From a virus, in the IMG/VR virus record IMGVR_UViG_3300025133_000029, positions 1 to 64,000 of that record: DNA of 64,000 nucleotides, one strand, 5' to 3'. Position 1 is the stretch's first letter, and every line of letters starts with the position of its first letter. A program made the translations under genes and the position numbers. Under the pieces are notes generated by a model, which was not told the origin of the DNA, did no database searches, and worked only from the letters and a program-made list of their open reading frames with translations. Shown here one piece after another: positions 17,101-26,572 of this stretch.

Positions 17101-17247
17101 ATTTTCTCCATCAACATGACGGATGATGAGAAAGTCGCAAACCAGTTGCGTTTGTATATTATCAAAAACAGAGATGGGGATATGTCACGGATCACGATTG
17201 GTCCCTTGCAATCGGATTATGCGAGGATGTGTTTTGTTAAGATTTGA
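14176..17247 (+). CDS. DnaB/gp41-like replicative helicase with intein
   Basis: IPTGVPDLD; Walker A ASTGKGK/S split by the intein; SGEMS, IILDYA, TALQASR and IIKNRDG motifs. Confidence 0.9.
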   Translation: MKSKLPQPPLPQPPPSLEATAHSLPLVPLSPHSVPPEMPVFISANIPGSGNSLPVPSGGTDGMVGGAQLARNSVHHFPTQPVVDTPSLRVAPTLPENVWAEPKATASVLDKYPFHSEVQDDILRLMATKKHFSRAALDWVRPGYFEGDERRALAATMLDFFKDYGFPPTEGQMFTELQRRGQLSGELKENLESLVDSVYRIPPTTPDYTVEVVSEFAETQAWISAVLRAGPLIRQRKFSEMKKIMREAENIGGVLETGGTWFFEETEERSRRRNDEVHIASRIIPTGVPDLDRIIRYGGPAKGEVGIVVASTGKGKCLREDTWLSVPGGYKRLGDLIREDIGLEDLETISEGWHQFNNRPLVFDANGICREIDKFYANGNKISYSVTMRDGMSLVGSSEHPLLVVRDGIWTWITMSEIKEGDVVASLRDSKPFGLNYDNEVSNNFSLGGDWNIRKGKEKFTPLQRWPTKGSSELAEWVSLLLAEGYYNAPPTAPYRLSFTNKEDVLIDRFIYLSRELFSLNLRSVASEDGSKVVIIDSKALVRYLCLIDIPPGRSADKRVPAWIMDGGEAIRRSFVSTFFTCESHVRDDFSIEISSASSEMIEQIHLLLLSDGIYCRSFAKRGTATNGLDLERLYFRLIVMGKENLRKYKQIGFMSGSNKFFAFQKALQAPTFSNSLTNFRDKIHGAPSILRSIKKRIQEMDSTPGGRIRRGLGLSNRLGKRISNNFRASIDRNSVSYDFCLEILSGCSKIEDEKLQGLLQELRLLIRYRMIEVIDVQRTRCFTYDIEVPDSHHFIANSFVSHNSIALGQFARRGVWEGENVAIFSGEMSEEKFSDRLDAAFTGLRMNEIGNEEEFLSRMEILRTRFKKKLWIRRFPTKGASIGDLRASLESMRREGWTPGMIILDYAALVKPEVSRDQRHTEIQEILQAFRGLCIDFDAVGWTALQASRQGEKAYIIKGDHVATSWDSLGDADYIFSINMTDDEKVANQLRLYIIKNRDGDMSRITIGPLQSDYARMCFVKI
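15124..16587 (+). mobile_element. intein with LAGLIDADG-type endonuclease (488 aa)
   Basis: Starts CLREDT, block B SSEHP, LLLAEG and FFTCES endonuclease blocks, ends TYDIEV...FVSHN followed by Ser. Confidence 0.92.
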
Positions 17248-17301
17248 TTTCGTGCAGCGTGTGCGTCTACAGTTCTTTTATTGGTAATTGAAATTGAAAT
17301 T

Positions 17302-17318
17302 TCTTTAGACTCTAAAGA
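17302..17318. repeat. 17-bp dispersed palindrome, copy 5
   Basis: TCTTTAGACTCTAAAGA, arms ATT/AAT. Confidence 0.95.
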
Positions 17319-17343
17319 AATAACAAACAAAGAGGATTTTAGG

Positions 17344-17622
17344 ATGAGTAAAGATGTGAGAATAATGGAAATAGACTACAAGCTCCCGTATCGAATGGAG
17401 CTTAGCTTTTTGAATCCTTCTTCTACACAATGGATTCTTGATAAGATGGCGTTTATTAAGAAAAGTTTGCGCAGTTTAGGAGGAGGCTTAGATCCAATTC
17501 CTGTAGGAAAGAAGCCGTGGAATATTCGCAGAGTTGGGAAGAAAATCTTATTTTCCTTCACTTATAAGTATATGAAAGCGGTTTCTTTCGTAGATGTGCC
17601 AGAAACCCTAGAAGAGAATTGA
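17344..17622 (+). CDS. hypothetical protein
   Basis: Short ORF between helicase and primase. Confidence 0.5.
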   Translation: MSKDVRIMEIDYKLPYRMELSFLNPSSTQWILDKMAFIKKSLRSLGGGLDPIPVGKKPWNIRRVGKKILFSFTYKYMKAVSFVDVPETLEEN

Positions 17623-17635
17623 GGGAAGCAAGACG

Positions 17636-18721
17636 ATGCTTGATGTAGTGCGCCTATTTAGGGACTATGGGGTAAAATACTCCCGTACTACAGTGGATGC
17701 TCTGCAGGTCAAGATAAAATGTCCAGAGTGCAATGGGAAAGATAAACTCTGGGTTTGCTTAGACAGAGACCAGTACTATTGTCATAAGTGCGAGTGGACT
17801 CCATACACAGTCCAGGCTTTTTTGCGAAGTACTTTGGGTTTATTTGGCCTTGAGCTTGTTCGTGTGGAGCATGAGTATCAACGGACCTTGGATGTAGCCG
17901 ATCTAGAAGCACATCTCGCAGAAGAGATGAATAATCTGAGACAATCGTTAGGCTTTACCGAAGAGTCTGGGCAAAATGATTCGGGTAGGGGACGTCAAAG
18001 AAGCTCTAGAGCTATGACCAAGATAGAATGGCCAGAGCATTTTACTCCTTTGGGTGATATACGAATTCCACGAATCAATGAGTATGCACTTTCTCGAGGG
18101 TTTTCTTGGGATGAGATGTGTCGCCTTGGTTTTGGGGGATGTTTTGGGGGGAAACTTCGAGGTTATCTAATAATTCCTTCCTTAGAGGGGGGTGTTCTCA
18201 AGTTTTGGCAAGGAAGAGATGCTTGGGGTAGGGAAAATGTTCCCCGATATAAAACACCATCTGGAGCTTCCAACACACTATCGTTGTTTAATATCGATGA
18301 AGCATCGCACCATGAGGTTGTTGTTGTTTGTGAGGGTGTTTTTTCGGCTATGAGGGTTGGGCCAGACGCAGTCGCCACATTCGGTAACAAACTATCATTG
18401 GAACAAATAGAGATGCTACGTCGAAGAGGGGTTCGACACATCGTTATCTTTTTTGATCCCGATTCTTGGTATGTTCCAAAGTCTGTTAGACAAAGAAAAA
18501 ATGGACATAGGGCAAAACCACCTATTCAATCTGTTTTAGATCGATGTTTGGGGCGTTTTGATACTATTCGAGTAGTAGAGTCTTCGCGATATAGTAGTAG
18601 TCATGATCCGGATGATTGGGGAACTGCCAATAGTCGCCATTTGGTTTCTTCAGGAACGGGGTTATATTCTCCGATAGACATAGGGGAAATGTTGCTTCGA
18701 CGACCACCACCATCTGATTGA
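17636..18721 (+). CDS. DNA primase (Zn finger plus TOPRIM)
   Basis: CPEC...CHKC; WQGR; RY; VVCEGVFSA; FFDPD; DPDD. Confidence 0.85.
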   Translation: MLDVVRLFRDYGVKYSRTTVDALQVKIKCPECNGKDKLWVCLDRDQYYCHKCEWTPYTVQAFLRSTLGLFGLELVRVEHEYQRTLDVADLEAHLAEEMNNLRQSLGFTEESGQNDSGRGRQRSSRAMTKIEWPEHFTPLGDIRIPRINEYALSRGFSWDEMCRLGFGGCFGGKLRGYLIIPSLEGGVLKFWQGRDAWGRENVPRYKTPSGASNTLSLFNIDEASHHEVVVVCEGVFSAMRVGPDAVATFGNKLSLEQIEMLRRRGVRHIVIFFDPDSWYVPKSVRQRKNGHRAKPPIQSVLDRCLGRFDTIRVVESSRYSSSHDPDDWGTANSRHLVSSGTGLYSPIDIGEMLLRRPPPSD

Positions 18722-19203
18722 TATTTGGAGTGTTATTTATGGAGTTCTGTGATAATTGTGGGATAATGTTGTCGGGAATGGGCTCTATACTCGGAAACAC
18801 TGGTAGAATTAGATCGATGCAGGCCCTGCACCAGACACGTTGTTTTTGTCGAACAGATTTGGATGGGTTGGAAGATCTTCTCCAACGATGTCGTCGGGGG
18901 CTCGATGACATGATGGAGGAGATCCTTCCTGGTGTTGCGACTAACAAAAGAACGGTTGACAGGATTTTGGATGAGTTACCAAATGATAATCCCATTCGGA
19001 CAGAGATGCAGCAACGATTTGCTTATATCACTCGATTGCGCGAAGAGATATTGAAGCGAAAAAAGGCAATACAAAAACTACAAGCAAGTGAAGGAGAAGG
19101 AGAAGAAGATTTTAATTTAGATGACTTCTTGGATCACGAAAAGGGTTCTGATGGTGGATTGGGTTCTTTTTTGCGAAGCCGTTCAAATAGAAGAATTAAA
19201 TAG
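18718..19203 (+). CDS. hypothetical protein
   Basis: ORF with CxxC and coiled-coil character. Confidence 0.5.
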   Translation: MIFGVLFMEFCDNCGIMLSGMGSILGNTGRIRSMQALHQTRCFCRTDLDGLEDLLQRCRRGLDDMMEEILPGVATNKRTVDRILDELPNDNPIRTEMQQRFAYITRLREEILKRKKAIQKLQASEGEGEEDFNLDDFLDHEKGSDGGLGSFLRSRSNRRIK

Positions 19204-19271
19204 TTCGTAGTCTTTCTTTCTTCTTTGTTTTCTGTGTTTATATTTGGTTTTCTTGTAGAGGGCTTTGCACA

Positions 19272-20582
19272 ATGAGTATGAATGATTCTGAAGTCGGTGA
19301 ATTTGAGAATTCTCGGTTGGTTAGTGACTACGAACAAGATGTACTAGATGATGAAGTGGGTGTTTCTGATGAAGACTCTGAATATACAGAGTCTTTGTTT
19401 TTATTAGATGGTCGGAGTGCAAGTCTTTCTCGAGAGGTGCGCTATACATCAGAAGGTTTGGCAAAATGCAGGTTGTGTGGGTATGCAGCAGCCGACTTAT
19501 CGAATCACATCCGAGAAAAGCATAAAATAGAAAGGAGTGTTGGGGACGCTGTAGGCATAGAGATAGATCCTGTTTCTGATTATCAAAGGCGTCACGCAGG
19601 ATGGCCAATTTATGGTGAGCGGATTGGTGATGCGGGTAGTCTTGTTTATAGAAGCAGGCCACGAAAGAGTTTTTCTGTTTTGGAACAGTTTGGCTTTTTT
19701 TGGAATGAACGATCCAAGAGGGATAAAATGGTTTTGGGGTATGAGTATCCTGGCCCCTACACGCCGCCCATCGACCCTAATTATGTTTTTCCAAAGGAGG
19801 CAACACAAGACATCCTGTTGGGGTTCAATCTTCGGGACAGAATCAAGATTGTGGGGCATTCAGGGACAGGAAAAACGAGTCTAGTTGAACAAATATGTGC
19901 TCGTCTTGGATACAATTATGCTCGTATCAATATGGATGGATCTATAGAGCGTCCCGAGCTTCTTGGTCACTACATTATGACTGAGACGGGTGGAATGATT
20001 TTTAATTACGGCATGCTCCCACGAGCTATGGTTTTGCCGGGGACAATAATTGTTTTAGATGAATGGGACACAATGGGTGGTGTTGCATTTGTCTTGCAGC
20101 GTGTTCTGGAGGAAGCGGGTCAGCTTCAGATGTTGGAACGTGGTGAAGAAATCATAACGCTGCACGATGAGAATGTGTTCGTTGCTACATCAAACACCAC
20201 AGGGTTTGGTGATGAAGATGGTCTGTACACTGCAGGGACTTCAACACAGAATTTCTCGCAGATTCGTCGATTCACAATGAATATTGAGTTGGATTACTTG
20301 CCTCGTGAAAAAGAATTGGAGTTGTTGCAGAAGACGTATCCACGGCTTAAGAAAAGGGTTGCGGAGGCGTTGATTGAGTGTGTCTCTTTGATACGAAGTG
20401 GCTTTGTGAACGATCGTCGTTTCTTGGTGCCCTTGACGGTGGCGGATACACTCAACTGGGCGCAGAAAACAATAAGGCTGGGAAATCCAATGCGTGCTGC
20501 GAGGTTATCCTTTATCAACAGACTCCCTCCTTTAGAGAGACCAAAGTGGGAAGATGTTATTAGTCGAGTGTTTGTTGTCTAA
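19272..20582 (+). CDS. CobS/MoxR-like AAA+ ATPase with N-terminal C2H2 finger
   Basis: CRLC...HIREKH; PPIDPNYVF; GHSGTGKT; VLDEWD; ATSNT; RRF. Confidence 0.85.
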   Translation: MSMNDSEVGEFENSRLVSDYEQDVLDDEVGVSDEDSEYTESLFLLDGRSASLSREVRYTSEGLAKCRLCGYAAADLSNHIREKHKIERSVGDAVGIEIDPVSDYQRRHAGWPIYGERIGDAGSLVYRSRPRKSFSVLEQFGFFWNERSKRDKMVLGYEYPGPYTPPIDPNYVFPKEATQDILLGFNLRDRIKIVGHSGTGKTSLVEQICARLGYNYARINMDGSIERPELLGHYIMTETGGMIFNYGMLPRAMVLPGTIIVLDEWDTMGGVAFVLQRVLEEAGQLQMLERGEEIITLHDENVFVATSNTTGFGDEDGLYTAGTSTQNFSQIRRFTMNIELDYLPREKELELLQKTYPRLKKRVAEALIECVSLIRSGFVNDRRFLVPLTVADTLNWAQKTIRLGNPMRAARLSFINRLPPLERPKWEDVISRVFVV

Positions 20583-22591
20583 TGAGAAGAAGACCTCGGG
20601 ACTTGTCGAGACGTGTTGCCAGAGATCGCACAAATCCTCTTTTGAATAGACTGATAACGGTTGCTCGAGTTTTCTCTGATCGATATGATTTAGAAATCGT
20701 CTTTTCTGGCAACGAGTGTTATACAGACGGGAGAAAGATAGTCCTCCCATCGATTGCTCCGGATGCTCCAGAAGAAGAACAGGAAATCATACACGGTCAC
20801 CTTGATCATGAGGTGGCTCATATTATTGAGAGTGACTGGTTCGATGTTCATTTTCTAGAAACAGGGGTGACTAACTTATTTGGTCAGACCATAGAAGATC
20901 TTCGTGTAGATTATAAGATAGGCCAGAGATGGAGGGGGTGTTGGCAGAATCGCATGAAAACAGTGCGCTATATGTCTCTAAATTATATATTCCCTGGATG
21001 GAATATAATAGAGGCAGTGCACAGACTGAGCCTCGCTGTTTACTACAAATCCTTAAATGATAGTGAGTTGCTAAAGGCTTTTCCTGATCAGGAGTTATTG
21101 AAGAAATTATCGCCTTTAAGTGCAGTTCTATCTTTATATAAAGATTTTCCAAGCACTAAGTATTCTGTGGCTTTGGCAGTTGAAATAATAAAATTATTAG
21201 GTTTAGAGCCAGACGAACCATACGAAGAAATTCCTGACTTTGACGCGATTTCAAAGAAGGTTCAAGATGATGTAGACTTTGCGATGAGTAGAGGTGGGGG
21301 AGTTGCAGGAAGTGATGTTTGTGATGTGAATTCTTCCAACAGTGTAATGTTGGAAGAGGATGATTTCTCCGATATTGTGGAACCTGCAGATAGTGGAGTA
21401 AGTGGCTCAACATCTGATGAAACAGATGGTGATTCAGAGAAAGGTGGGATTGAGGGTGAAGAAAAAACGAAAAATGAATATAAGGACGACAGTGATGATT
21501 CTTTGGGTGACTTATCGGATAATGAGGATGCAGATGACGGAGAGAAGGATTTAGATGAGTTACACGAACATATAGAGGATGAATACAGTGTTGCTCCAGG
21601 AGACTCTCCACAAACAACTCAGCCTTGGCCTTTATCCATAGACTCTCAGAGAGAAATCGTAAAGCAATCGGTTTCTGTTTTTGAACATTTCAGGACTGAT
21701 GAATCTGATTTTTATTGTCCATATACAACGGATGGCGATTTTTGCGAGATAATGCCTGACGGAGAGTTCTCTTGGTTTACTTCAGAGCGAGGAATAGCTA
21801 AGCAAACTTGTAATGTGGCTCTGCGGTATTTGCGAATGAGTCTAATGGGTAAAAAGAAAAGCTTTTGGGAGAGGGGGCATCATACAGGAAGAATTCATCC
21901 TCCCGATCTTCACAAGCTAATTATCGGTAAGAATCCTAGAGTGTTCAAACGGCGTGTCACAAGAGAAGCAATAAAGGCTCGTGTGTCATTAGTAATAGAT
22001 GTTTCTGGTTCGATGTGCGGAGGGCGAATATTAGCGGCTCGTCGCGCAGCTATTGTTTTTGGAGAGCTTTGTCACAGTGTGGGAGTTCCTTTTGAAGTGT
22101 GTGCATTCACTACAGACTCCTCTATGTCTCGTAATAGATGGAGTTCTGTTAGTGAGGAGGAGCAGAAGCGGTATACAAGGTGGGGTAATTTAAGATTTGA
22201 AATCTATAAAACATTTTCTGAGGATTGGATAAGGGTTGGACATCGTTTGCAGAATATGGAGGCTCAGGAACACAACTACGATGGAGAGGCCCTGTTATTG
22301 GCCGCAAAGAGGCTCCTAGCCTCTTCTTGTCCCGGTGAGCGATTGATTATGCTTAAGATGTCAGATGGAAGACCCCAGCAAGCTATAGGACCTTGTCAAC
22401 CGCATCATCAATGGTTCTTGCGTCATGTGATTGAAGAAGTTGGAAAAATGGGGATCAGTTTGGTCGGGATGGGGATTCAAAGCGAGGCGATTCATGAATA
22501 CTATGATGATGCGGTGTATGTAGAAAATCCTTATGATTTAAGTGAGGTCGAGTTGAAAAAAATGAGGGAACTGCTTCAGGAAAAGAAGTAG
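20582..22591 (+). CDS. CobT-like protein (HExxH domain, acidic linker, vWA)
   Basis: YTDGRKIVLP; DHEVAH; IEDLRV; DVSGSM MIDAS; NYDGEA; SDGRP. Confidence 0.85.
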   Translation: MRRRPRDLSRRVARDRTNPLLNRLITVARVFSDRYDLEIVFSGNECYTDGRKIVLPSIAPDAPEEEQEIIHGHLDHEVAHIIESDWFDVHFLETGVTNLFGQTIEDLRVDYKIGQRWRGCWQNRMKTVRYMSLNYIFPGWNIIEAVHRLSLAVYYKSLNDSELLKAFPDQELLKKLSPLSAVLSLYKDFPSTKYSVALAVEIIKLLGLEPDEPYEEIPDFDAISKKVQDDVDFAMSRGGGVAGSDVCDVNSSNSVMLEEDDFSDIVEPADSGVSGSTSDETDGDSEKGGIEGEEKTKNEYKDDSDDSLGDLSDNEDADDGEKDLDELHEHIEDEYSVAPGDSPQTTQPWPLSIDSQREIVKQSVSVFEHFRTDESDFYCPYTTDGDFCEIMPDGEFSWFTSERGIAKQTCNVALRYLRMSLMGKKKSFWERGHHTGRIHPPDLHKLIIGKNPRVFKRRVTREAIKARVSLVIDVSGSMCGGRILAARRAAIVFGELCHSVGVPFEVCAFTTDSSMSRNRWSSVSEEEQKRYTRWGNLRFEIYKTFSEDWIRVGHRLQNMEAQEHNYDGEALLLAAKRLLASSCPGERLIMLKMSDGRPQQAIGPCQPHHQWFLRHVIEEVGKMGISLVGMGIQSEAIHEYYDDAVYVENPYDLSEVELKKMRELLQEKK

Positions 22592-22595
22592 AAAA

Positions 22596-22612
22596 TCTTT
22601 AGAGTCTAAAGA
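22596..22612. repeat. 17-bp dispersed palindrome, copy 6
   Basis: TCTTTAGAGTCTAAAGA, arms AGAAAA/TTTTCT, directly after a stop codon. Confidence 0.95.
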
Positions 22613-22713
22613 TTTTCTCGGGTAATTGTTATTTTTCTTGAGTCACATGAATCGGGATGCTAGAGAAATGTGAGGTTTCTATGAAAACTTGCCGGTTTTG
22701 GCGATGTTTCCCC

Positions 22714-22742
22714 TTGAAGATGTCCGGTTTTCGAGGTATTAT
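22714..22742 (+). promoter_or_regulatory. sigma70-like promoter candidate
   Basis: TTGAAG-17 bp-TATTAT in a 280-bp intergenic region; AAATGATC/GATCATTT inverted repeat follows at 22750-22772. Confidence 0.4.
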
Positions 22743-22872
22743 GCTAGGTAAATGATCTAAAAGTGATCATTTTTTCCCATAAAGCTATTATTTCTGCATA
22801 GATATAATTTCATATTTCTTGGCTTTGGGGTTTCTTAGAGTTCATTTTGTTTTGGCTAAGGAGGACTGAGAA

Positions 22873-23736
22873 ATGGATAAGGGTGGCGTATACGACCTTC
22901 TTTTGGGTGAGTCTCTTGTAGCAGCAACTTTGGGTGTGGGAATTGATGTTTCTGCCGAAGGAAGTCAATCATTTTCAGATCTTTGTGTAGATGATGTTTC
23001 AGATGTATTTATTTGTGAATCTTCTCTTGATATCCCGGATTGGGATAAAAATGGTATGTATGAAGAGTTTAGAAGAAATTATGCAAATTGGTTCAAAAAG
23101 CATGCTTACTCTGTAGCAGAGGGATCTCGGGGTTTTGCAGCCTTTGATGATGTGTTACAAGAAATCGAAATCAAGGTTTGGCTTGTTATGATGCAAGATG
23201 GCCGTTGTTTTGATGGTCGATGCAAGACGAGGGTTGATGTTTTTAACTATGTTCTTAGATCCGTTAGTAACTTTTTGTCTTCTATGGTTAGAGGGTTTGG
23301 TCAAAAGGCTTGGGGACGAACTGATGTTGGGCTTGGTATTCGTCGGGGCAAAGACGGAGATACAAAAGAGTCTCAGGATACTTGTGCTTACTTGGGAGCA
23401 GACAACAGAACAGAGGAGCGCTACGAGGCACGGGAGTCGCTGAAAAGGCTGTTAGCCTATGCAGAAAAGAAAGAAGAAGAAGAGGCATATTTGATTGCCA
23501 GGATTATTCGAAACCTTGCAGATCCTTGCAGGCCGCTCCTTAACTTTATTCGTCGATATGAAGAGGAAATTGAGCGTCAGTCTTTAGAAGAAGGGCAGTC
23601 AGACAGCAGCAAGAAGAACTTTGGAAGTCGAGGTGTGGAGATTGCTTCGCAGGAGGCGTATGCCAAGTATATTGGATGTTCTTGGCGTTACGTGAAGCTG
23701 GTTTTAGAAGAAGCAAGGATAGAGTTAGGTATGTAA
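22873..23736 (+). CDS. phage sigma-factor-like protein
   Basis: DDVLQEIEIKVW...FD...FNYVLRSVSN (region 2-like) and C-terminal HTH-like SQEAYAKYIGCSWRYV. Confidence 0.6.
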   Translation: MDKGGVYDLLLGESLVAATLGVGIDVSAEGSQSFSDLCVDDVSDVFICESSLDIPDWDKNGMYEEFRRNYANWFKKHAYSVAEGSRGFAAFDDVLQEIEIKVWLVMMQDGRCFDGRCKTRVDVFNYVLRSVSNFLSSMVRGFGQKAWGRTDVGLGIRRGKDGDTKESQDTCAYLGADNRTEERYEARESLKRLLAYAEKKEEEEAYLIARIIRNLADPCRPLLNFIRRYEEEIERQSLEEGQSDSSKKNFGSRGVEIASQEAYAKYIGCSWRYVKLVLEEARIELGM

Positions 23737-23738
23737 CA

Positions 23739-24407
23739 ATGAAGGTTCGCTTAATACGTCGTTTACGATGTGAGGGGTGTGGACTGATATATTTGCTTGA
23801 GGAGGCTTACAGGGGCAGGTTTAGTCTGAAGCAGAACAAGTGCGCTCGTTGTATTATTAAGATACGAGGTAGAGAGGGGAGTTTGCTCTTACCTGACTGT
23901 TTTGGGAAGTCGTATAGTGGCTTGGATCCCATGTGTGTGGAACGATGCAACCTCAGAGAGGGGTGCGTTATTGAGTATGCGGATGGAAAGATAACTGATT
24001 TGGATTTTAGCTTGGGTTTGCAAAAGCGGCCTACGGTTAAACAGTTACTACTTCGAATATTGCGTTTTTTGGCAAAGCCGGTTCATGCTTACGATCTTGC
24101 ACCCATCTTGCAGAAAATGACAAATGGTCGTTTTTCAATGAGAAGAAAGCATTGGTATGCGCAGATTGTTCAACGTTTGCGAGAAACACCACATGTTTTT
24201 GCTCTTGGGGATGGATTTTTTGTTTGGGATGGGGCCTGGAGTGAGGATCGTTTTGATGAAATTTTATACCCACGACGTCCTGCGACAGATGTTGATTCTA
24301 TACTGGAACAGATCAGAAGAGATGCTTTAGAGAAAGCAGAGGAAATAACATCTAGGTTCAAAAGTGTGGGTGGTTCAGATAATGACTCCGAGAATATTGA
24401 TGAATAG
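23739..24407 (+). CDS. Cys-rich hypothetical protein, possible winged HTH
   Basis: CEGC...CARC and PDCFG...C...C...C. Confidence 0.55.
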   Translation: MKVRLIRRLRCEGCGLIYLLEEAYRGRFSLKQNKCARCIIKIRGREGSLLLPDCFGKSYSGLDPMCVERCNLREGCVIEYADGKITDLDFSLGLQKRPTVKQLLLRILRFLAKPVHAYDLAPILQKMTNGRFSMRRKHWYAQIVQRLRETPHVFALGDGFFVWDGAWSEDRFDEILYPRRPATDVDSILEQIRRDALEKAEEITSRFKSVGGSDNDSENIDE

Positions 24408-26478
24408 TGATTTGCGCCATAGTGTCTGGCATTTATTAGACGAAGATGTAACGATTCCAACTGAGAGTATTCTAAAAGGTGATTATCGTTTTGAAGGACT
24501 TCCCATTTTTTCTGAAAAATTTGAGCTTATTGATACTTGGGATGCATTCTTTGAAATACTCGCAGATTTGATGCGGGTGAAGATATTATCGGCGGATGTG
24601 GAGACCGATGGTCTTGGAAAATTAACGCATAGAATTATTGGATATTCATTTAGCTATAATATTAACTTTAGAGGGATGGATATTGAGAGCAGGGGTTGCT
24701 TGCGTAACGTGTATATTCCTGTAAGGCATAGAACGGGTGATAGATCTTTAGATCCTAAAGATGTTGCTTTTTATTTGGGCAAAGTTTTTTTAAGGAGTGA
24801 TGTCGTTTTTCTGTTTTGGAATGCACGATTTGATATGCACATGCTTTTCAATGAAGGGATGGGGTTGGGTGGTCTTGTTATTGATGGGATGATTTATAGA
24901 AAATTATTATTCCCCGAAGATAGAGCGGGATTGAAAAGAACGTCTGAGGATCTTGTAGAGAGTACTGCAGGTGAGTGGGATAGGTGTATTCGTGTGTTTA
25001 TTAGATCTCTTTGTGGGAAAAATGGTTGGAAAATACCGGGAAGGGGAGATCCTCTTGCACGTTCTCTTTACGATTACATTCCCACGCTATGGATGGCACA
25101 GTATGCCGGTAGAGACACATATTATACGTGGCTGTGTGTTGATTTATTATTGGCAATGATTCGCGATATCCCTGGACTTATGTCGATATCTGCAACCGAG
25201 CATTCTTTAATACTTCCTCTTTTTAGGATGGAGAGAAATGGTCTTCCTGTAGATCGTGTTGAGGTGGGCTCGAGTGTAGAGAGAGCATTCTCAATACAAA
25301 AAAAATTAGAGAGGTCTTTGGAGGAAGATTTTGGATTTTCTGGTAATTTGAGGAAGGACTCGGATGTTATTTCTTTTCTAAGAGACCAGGGAGCAATATT
25401 TACTCGAGCGACAAGAGGGACGAGACATCTCCCTCCAGAAAAGCAAAACATGTCGTTGGCGGGAGATGTTCTGCGAATGCAGGCGGTGGAAGGGGTTGTG
25501 GCATCGGGTTTGGTCTATCAATGGCGAACACTCTTCGACATTCTATCGAGGAACCTGCTGAAGTTATCGGAATATATAGAGGGAGATGGGTGTGTACACG
25601 CATCATTTATGCAATTGGGCGCAAAGTCGGGAAGAATGTCTGCTAATGCACCTAATGTGATGAACGTTCCGCAGAGGAATGAGTATGCGTCATTAGTGCG
25701 GACTTGTTATCGATTAAAAAGCAATGATTGGGAGTGGTGGTTTTTAGACCTGAATCAGATTGAGCTTCGGATTATTGCTCATTGCTCAAAAGATCCACAT
25801 TTATGCGATGCTTTTATCCGCGGAGAAGATCTGCATGTATTAACGGCTATAGATATTTTTGGTTTAGATGTGTGGGATCGAGGAACATTAGAAGAAAAGA
25901 GTCTCATGCGCTCTATAGCAAAAGAGGCGAATTTTGGAATAGTTTATGGTATTGGTGCGAAAGGCTTAGCGGACAACTTGTTTAAAAGAGGAATTCTTCG
26001 GTCTGTAGAAAGTTGCGAGGAGGTTATTTTCCGGTTTAAGTCGCAGCGTCCGAGATTAATGCAGTGGGTGAGTGAAGTGAAGGTTTTAGCTCACAGGCAA
26101 GGTTATATTGATAATCTGTACGGAAGAAGAAAAGATTGTCGGTTACTGAGTGACATGTCTGTTTCAAGATATGAAAGGGAAAAGCTGGAGCAATCCATAC
26201 CAAACTTTATGGGGCAGGGGACCGCTGCGGATTTCTTTAAGCGTTTTTGGATTTCATTTGAGGATGCGTTGTTTTCGAGGTTGGGCGCAGAATACAAATT
26301 TGTTAATTGGGTGCATGATGAGATTCAGGTCTTTATCAGGCCAACCGATCGAAACTTTATGATTGAAGAGTCTCAGAGAGTTTTAGATGAGGAGTCTGCA
26401 TGCTTTGATGTTCCAATTAGTTTAAATTATCAAAGAAGTTTAGGTAGTTGGGACGAAAAGGAAGAAATATCTTTATAA
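24364..26478 (+). CDS. polA: DNA polymerase family A with 3'-5' exonuclease (true start may be 24382 or 24400)
   Basis: DVET, NARFD and YAGRD exonuclease motifs; SGRMS, DLNQIELR, RSIAKEANFGIVYG and VHDEI polymerase motifs. Confidence 0.93.
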   Translation: MWVVQIMTPRILMNSDLRHSVWHLLDEDVTIPTESILKGDYRFEGLPIFSEKFELIDTWDAFFEILADLMRVKILSADVETDGLGKLTHRIIGYSFSYNINFRGMDIESRGCLRNVYIPVRHRTGDRSLDPKDVAFYLGKVFLRSDVVFLFWNARFDMHMLFNEGMGLGGLVIDGMIYRKLLFPEDRAGLKRTSEDLVESTAGEWDRCIRVFIRSLCGKNGWKIPGRGDPLARSLYDYIPTLWMAQYAGRDTYYTWLCVDLLLAMIRDIPGLMSISATEHSLILPLFRMERNGLPVDRVEVGSSVERAFSIQKKLERSLEEDFGFSGNLRKDSDVISFLRDQGAIFTRATRGTRHLPPEKQNMSLAGDVLRMQAVEGVVASGLVYQWRTLFDILSRNLLKLSEYIEGDGCVHASFMQLGAKSGRMSANAPNVMNVPQRNEYASLVRTCYRLKSNDWEWWFLDLNQIELRIIAHCSKDPHLCDAFIRGEDLHVLTAIDIFGLDVWDRGTLEEKSLMRSIAKEANFGIVYGIGAKGLADNLFKRGILRSVESCEEVIFRFKSQRPRLMQWVSEVKVLAHRQGYIDNLYGRRKDCRLLSDMSVSRYEREKLEQSIPNFMGQGTAADFFKRFWISFEDALFSRLGAEYKFVNWVHDEIQVFIRPTDRNFMIEESQRVLDEESACFDVPISLNYQRSLGSWDEKEEISL
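24745..24761. repeat. variant palindrome copy inside polA
   Basis: TCTTTAG-ATC-CTAAAGA, read as S-L-D-P-K-D. Confidence 0.6.
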
Positions 26479-26551
26479 TTTTTTTTTAATGACGCATCAT
26501 GACATTGGTTTTTCTTAGTTTATTTTTTGTGACATTTGATTTCTTGAAAAA

Positions 26552-26568
26552 TCTTTAGAGTCTAAAGA
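26552..26568. repeat. 17-bp dispersed palindrome, copy 7
   Basis: TCTTTAGAGTCTAAAGA. Confidence 0.95.
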
Positions 26569-26572
26569 TCGA

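Noticed and set aside
19272-22591. Cobalamin cobaltochelatase function for the CobS/CobT-like pair
   Set aside because: No cobN or other cob genes are present, and such AAA+/vWA pairs are common in phages without cobalamin synthesis.
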